Below, piece after piece: positions 24,672 through 26,907 of a stretch of DNA of 26,907 nucleotides. Both the position numbers and the translations under genes were made by a program. This stretch comes from a virus (Duplodnaviria; Caudoviricetes). Under the pieces are notes generated by a model. That model saw only the letters and a program-made list of their open reading frames with translations, was not told the DNA's origin and did not search any database. The stretch's first letter is position 1, and each line of letters opens with the position of its first letter. The DNA lies in the IMG/VR virus record IMGVR_UViG_3300024246_000012, positions 1 to 26,907 of that record; one strand, 5' to 3'.

Positions 24672-25798
24672 AGGTGGTCCTTCCGGTCGGCGAAGAGGGT
24701 GGCGGCGAAAAGCGACGGCTGGGACGCGTCCCCGGAGCGCTTGGCGAGGGTGGCGATCACCTTCTGGTCGCCGGGAGCCACGGGCGGCTGGGGTTTGTGC
24801 GTCGAACTCCAGCGAACCATCTCTTGATATTCGGGTGCATCGTCAAAACGATCGTTATTCAACCATGTAGCGGCGTGGGGAATGTAATCCATTTCCGTCC
24901 CCTTCCACTCATGGAATTCCCGGTGCATTCTTGCGGCCCGAATAATGCAATCCGGCGAGAAACCACGATCCACGGCCCGCTGCCACGATTTCCTCGCCGC
25001 TGGCTTTGCCACTTTCCTGGGGTAAATGCTCCAGAATTCCGAGAATTCCGGGCCATCCTCCACTCCCCGACGCGGCTTCGCTGCTGGAGCGATCTTAGCA
25101 CCAGCGACGGCCGGGAGGGCAAGTTCGGTCCCGGGCGGCGCGGGCTGCGCAGGCGGCACGGAGCCTTTGAAGTCAAGATCAAAAGAAGAACTAACTTCAA
25201 AAACAGTACATGGAGGGTTTGGCAAACCCTCTCGGGAGGGTTTCGCATACCCTTCCCGATACCCTTTCTCGAAAGTCTCAGCATCTGAGACGTCGCTGGT
25301 GGGAAGCCCATCCAGGAGGGCAGCACGGACGGCGGCAAGCCGCGCCTCGACCTGCTTCCTCGTTGATGTCCCTGACTTGGCAGAGATTCGATCGTCAAGA
25401 TCGTCAAGAGGGATTCGATCAAGCTCGGCGAGGAGGGTCCGGCGCACCCGGACCGACTCGATCCCCGTCGCCGCGTCGGCCATCGCGGCGACGATGAGGG
25501 GCTGCTTCCAGGAGCCGCTATTGCGAATATAGGTCCGCACGAGAGCCTCGTCGGTGTCACTATCGAAAACGACATAGTGCTTTTCGTCGAGTTCCGCCAG
25601 TTGCTTTTCGATATCCGCTGGAGAAAGGTCTGGCGCCGACTGGGCCCAGCGCTTCAGAGTGACAGGAATGAGCCCGACCTGATTCAAATTCTGCTGGGAC
25701 AACAGGAAAAGGTAGAGGCGCTGCGCCTCGATGCTTACTTTACGGAAGTCCAAGTCACCCCAGATTGAGGTGAGGACAGCGGCGTAGGTGCGTGCCAT
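24668..25798 (-). CDS. Phage replication initiator protein
   Basis: 'IW.D.DF...S..AQ.LYL.LLSQ' N-terminus; 'F.EFWSIYPRKVAK..A.K.W...YIPHAATWLN..RF' C-terminus. Confidence 0.8.
   Translation of the reverse strand: MARTYAAVLTSIWGDLDFRKVSIEAQRLYLFLLSQQNLNQVGLIPVTLKRWAQSAPDLSPADIEKQLAELDEKHYVVFDSDTDEALVRTYIRNSGSWKQPLIVAAMADAATGIESVRVRRTLLAELDRIPLDDLDDRISAKSGTSTRKQVEARLAAVRAALLDGLPTSDVSDAETFEKGYREGYAKPSREGLPNPPCTVFEVSSSFDLDFKGSVPPAQPAPPGTELALPAVAGAKIAPAAKPRRGVEDGPEFSEFWSIYPRKVAKPAARKSWQRAVDRGFSPDCIIRAARMHREFHEWKGTEMDYIPHAATWLNNDRFDDAPEYQEMVRWSSTHKPQPPVAPGDQKVIATLAKRSGDASQPSLFAATLFADRKDHL
25169..25275. repeat. Candidate replication origin (iterons plus A-rich tract) inside the initiator gene
   Basis: Clustered (G)AGGGT/ACCCT repeats, including GAGGGTTTGGCAAACCCTC, next to AAAAGAAGAACTAACTTCAAAAA. 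Confidence 0.6.
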
Positions 25799-25857
25799 CA
25801 GACCCCCCAGCCGCCCTGCGGCGCGGTTCCCATGATCAGCACTTGCGAAACGGGCAT
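25798..25857 (-). CDS. 19-aa leader ORF coupled to the initiator gene
   Basis: GAGGAG RBS; MPVSQVLIMGTAPQGGWGV; TGATG overlap with the initiator start. Confidence 0.45.
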   Translation of the reverse strand: MPVSQVLIMGTAPQGGWGV

Positions 25858-25888
25858 GGCTACGTTACGCTCCTCGCATACAGAGTGA

Positions 25889-25930
25889 ACGAAGGCCGCC
25901 CCCGTCTGCCAAGAAAAGGGCGGCCTTCGT
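25889..25930. repeat. 13-bp inverted repeat upstream of the replication operon
   Basis: ACGAAGGCCGCCC / GGGCGGCCTTCGT. Confidence 0.65.
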
Positions 25931-26000
25931 GCTGCCTAAGCGCATACTACGCGCGGGTTCAATCTCTACGCAACGCCTGGATCGTTGTCACGTACTTGCG

Positions 26001-26447
26001 TCAGAACGCGCCGATGGCAGCCTCGACACCGGCGATCCGGTCCATGATGTCCATGGATTGAGCAGCGCTGGTGGCCATCAGGATCATAGCCCTGCGGACC
26101 TCATCCTCGCCCGCCCGGGAGAAGTCCTCCAGGAGCAGTGCACACTCTCTGGCGTCGCCTTCCGCCACCGCGCCGACGTAGCCGTAGGCGAAGCGCTCGG
26201 CGGTGCCGGGTTCGAACCAGTATTCGAGGGGCGGGCGCTCCCCGACTTGCGTGTAGTACAGCGCGGTCGGCGTGGCCAGCGTTGTGATCACGGCGAGGGC
26301 GGCGTCCCGGCCGCGCATCCAGATGTCGGAGAGCACCTGGGGCAACATGTCGGGGAAGTCGTGCCGGATCAGGACGATGAGCCGGGCGGCGTGACCGTCT
26401 GCGTCGAAGGGCGCACGGGGGGTGCGTACGGGTAGCGGCAGGGGCAA
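26001..26447 (-). CDS. Hypothetical protein
   Basis: GAGGAGGA RBS and TTG start. Confidence 0.7.
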   Translation of the reverse strand: MPLPLPVRTPRAPFDADGHAARLIVLIRHDFPDMLPQVLSDIWMRGRDAALAVITTLATPTALYYTQVGERPPLEYWFEPGTAERFAYGYVGAVAEGDARECALLLEDFSRAGEDEVRRAMILMATSAAQSMDIMDRIAGVEAAIGAF

Positions 26448-26539
26448 GGAGTCCTCCTCGGGGTTGGGGTGGGGATACCGTATGCGCGGCGCAGGCCGTG
26501 GTCAACCGGCATAGCGGGGTTGCGTCATCCGTACCGTCG

Positions 26540-26549
26540 TGTTACGTTA
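26540..26549 (+). promoter_or_regulatory. Extended -10-like motif TGTTACGTTA for the rightward gene
   Basis: Same motif family, about 40 nt before the start at 26588. Confidence 0.5.
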
Positions 26550-26587
26550 GTCCCGAGCCCGGAACCCCCAGCGCGAGGAGGACCACC

Positions 26588-26782
26588 GTGTACAAGCTGA
26601 TCGTCGAAGGACCCGACGCCGAGAACGGCAAGGAGGACTTCGAGATGCGCAACCAGACCACCGCGTATAACGTGTACAGTCGCCTGGCGCCGCAGAACCA
26701 TGTCATCCTGGAGCAGCCCGACGGCACGGTCCTCGACAGCAAGGTGGTTCCGGACCCATGGGAGGCCCACCCCTCCGCTTAA
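26588..26782 (+). CDS. Small hypothetical protein (64 aa)
   Basis: GAGGAGGA RBS and GTG at 26588. Confidence 0.75.
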   Translation: MYKLIVEGPDAENGKEDFEMRNQTTAYNVYSRLAPQNHVILEQPDGTVLDSKVVPDPWEAHPSA

Positions 26783-26790
26783 CGTAGCTT

Positions 26791-26892
26791 CTGGCGGCCG
26801 TGCCTGACCCGAGTCCCAAGGTATGCCGCGCCGCCAGCGCAGGCCACCGCCAGCCATATCCCAGACGGGACCCCTCGCCACCTCGCTGGCGG
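26791..26892 (+). ncRNA. Two tigRNA-like stem-loop units
   Basis: ctggcgg-CCG-tgcctgacc-CG-agtc-CCA-aggtatgccg-CG-ccgccag (second segment 10 nt) and ccgccag-CCA-tatcccaga-CG-ggac-CCC-tcgccacct-CG-ctggcgg. Confidence 0.7.
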
Positions 26893-26907
26893 CATAGGTT
26901 TCACCGG

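Noticed and set aside
26478-26509. Possible further guide unit CCG-N9-CG-N4-CCG-N9-GG
   Set aside because: Three of four boxes are non-consensus and there is no clear closing stem; likely chance in GC-rich DNA.

Overview
High-GC, actinobacterial-type tailed phage (siphovirus-like) DNA. No host genes, integrase or att site are visible, so virion versus prophage cannot be decided. The left part (1-17026, + strand) is a late operon: head-tail connectors, tail tube, tail assembly chaperones, tape measure, minor tail proteins, four paralogous fibre-like genes and a lysis cassette, closed by a terminator. The right part (17217-26447, - strand) is an early/replication arm with a replication initiator, loader, DnaB, HNH and Zn-finger proteins, Lsr2 and GroES. 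The main finding is a nuclease-less IS110/Nop-domain protein (19093-19989, TasA-like) plus about 12 copies of a guide-like RNA unit, CCA-N9-CG-N4-CCA-N9-CG. These sit in two short arrays near the gene, a stem-loop pair at the right end, and three solitary stem-loop units lying antisense in gaps of the structural operon. The three solitary units and one array have a TGnTACG(T/C)T promoter-like motif directly upstream. This reads as a dispersed TIGR-Tas-like RNA-guided system, possibly a programmable transcriptional repressor. All calls come from reading the sequence by eye; no database searches were run.
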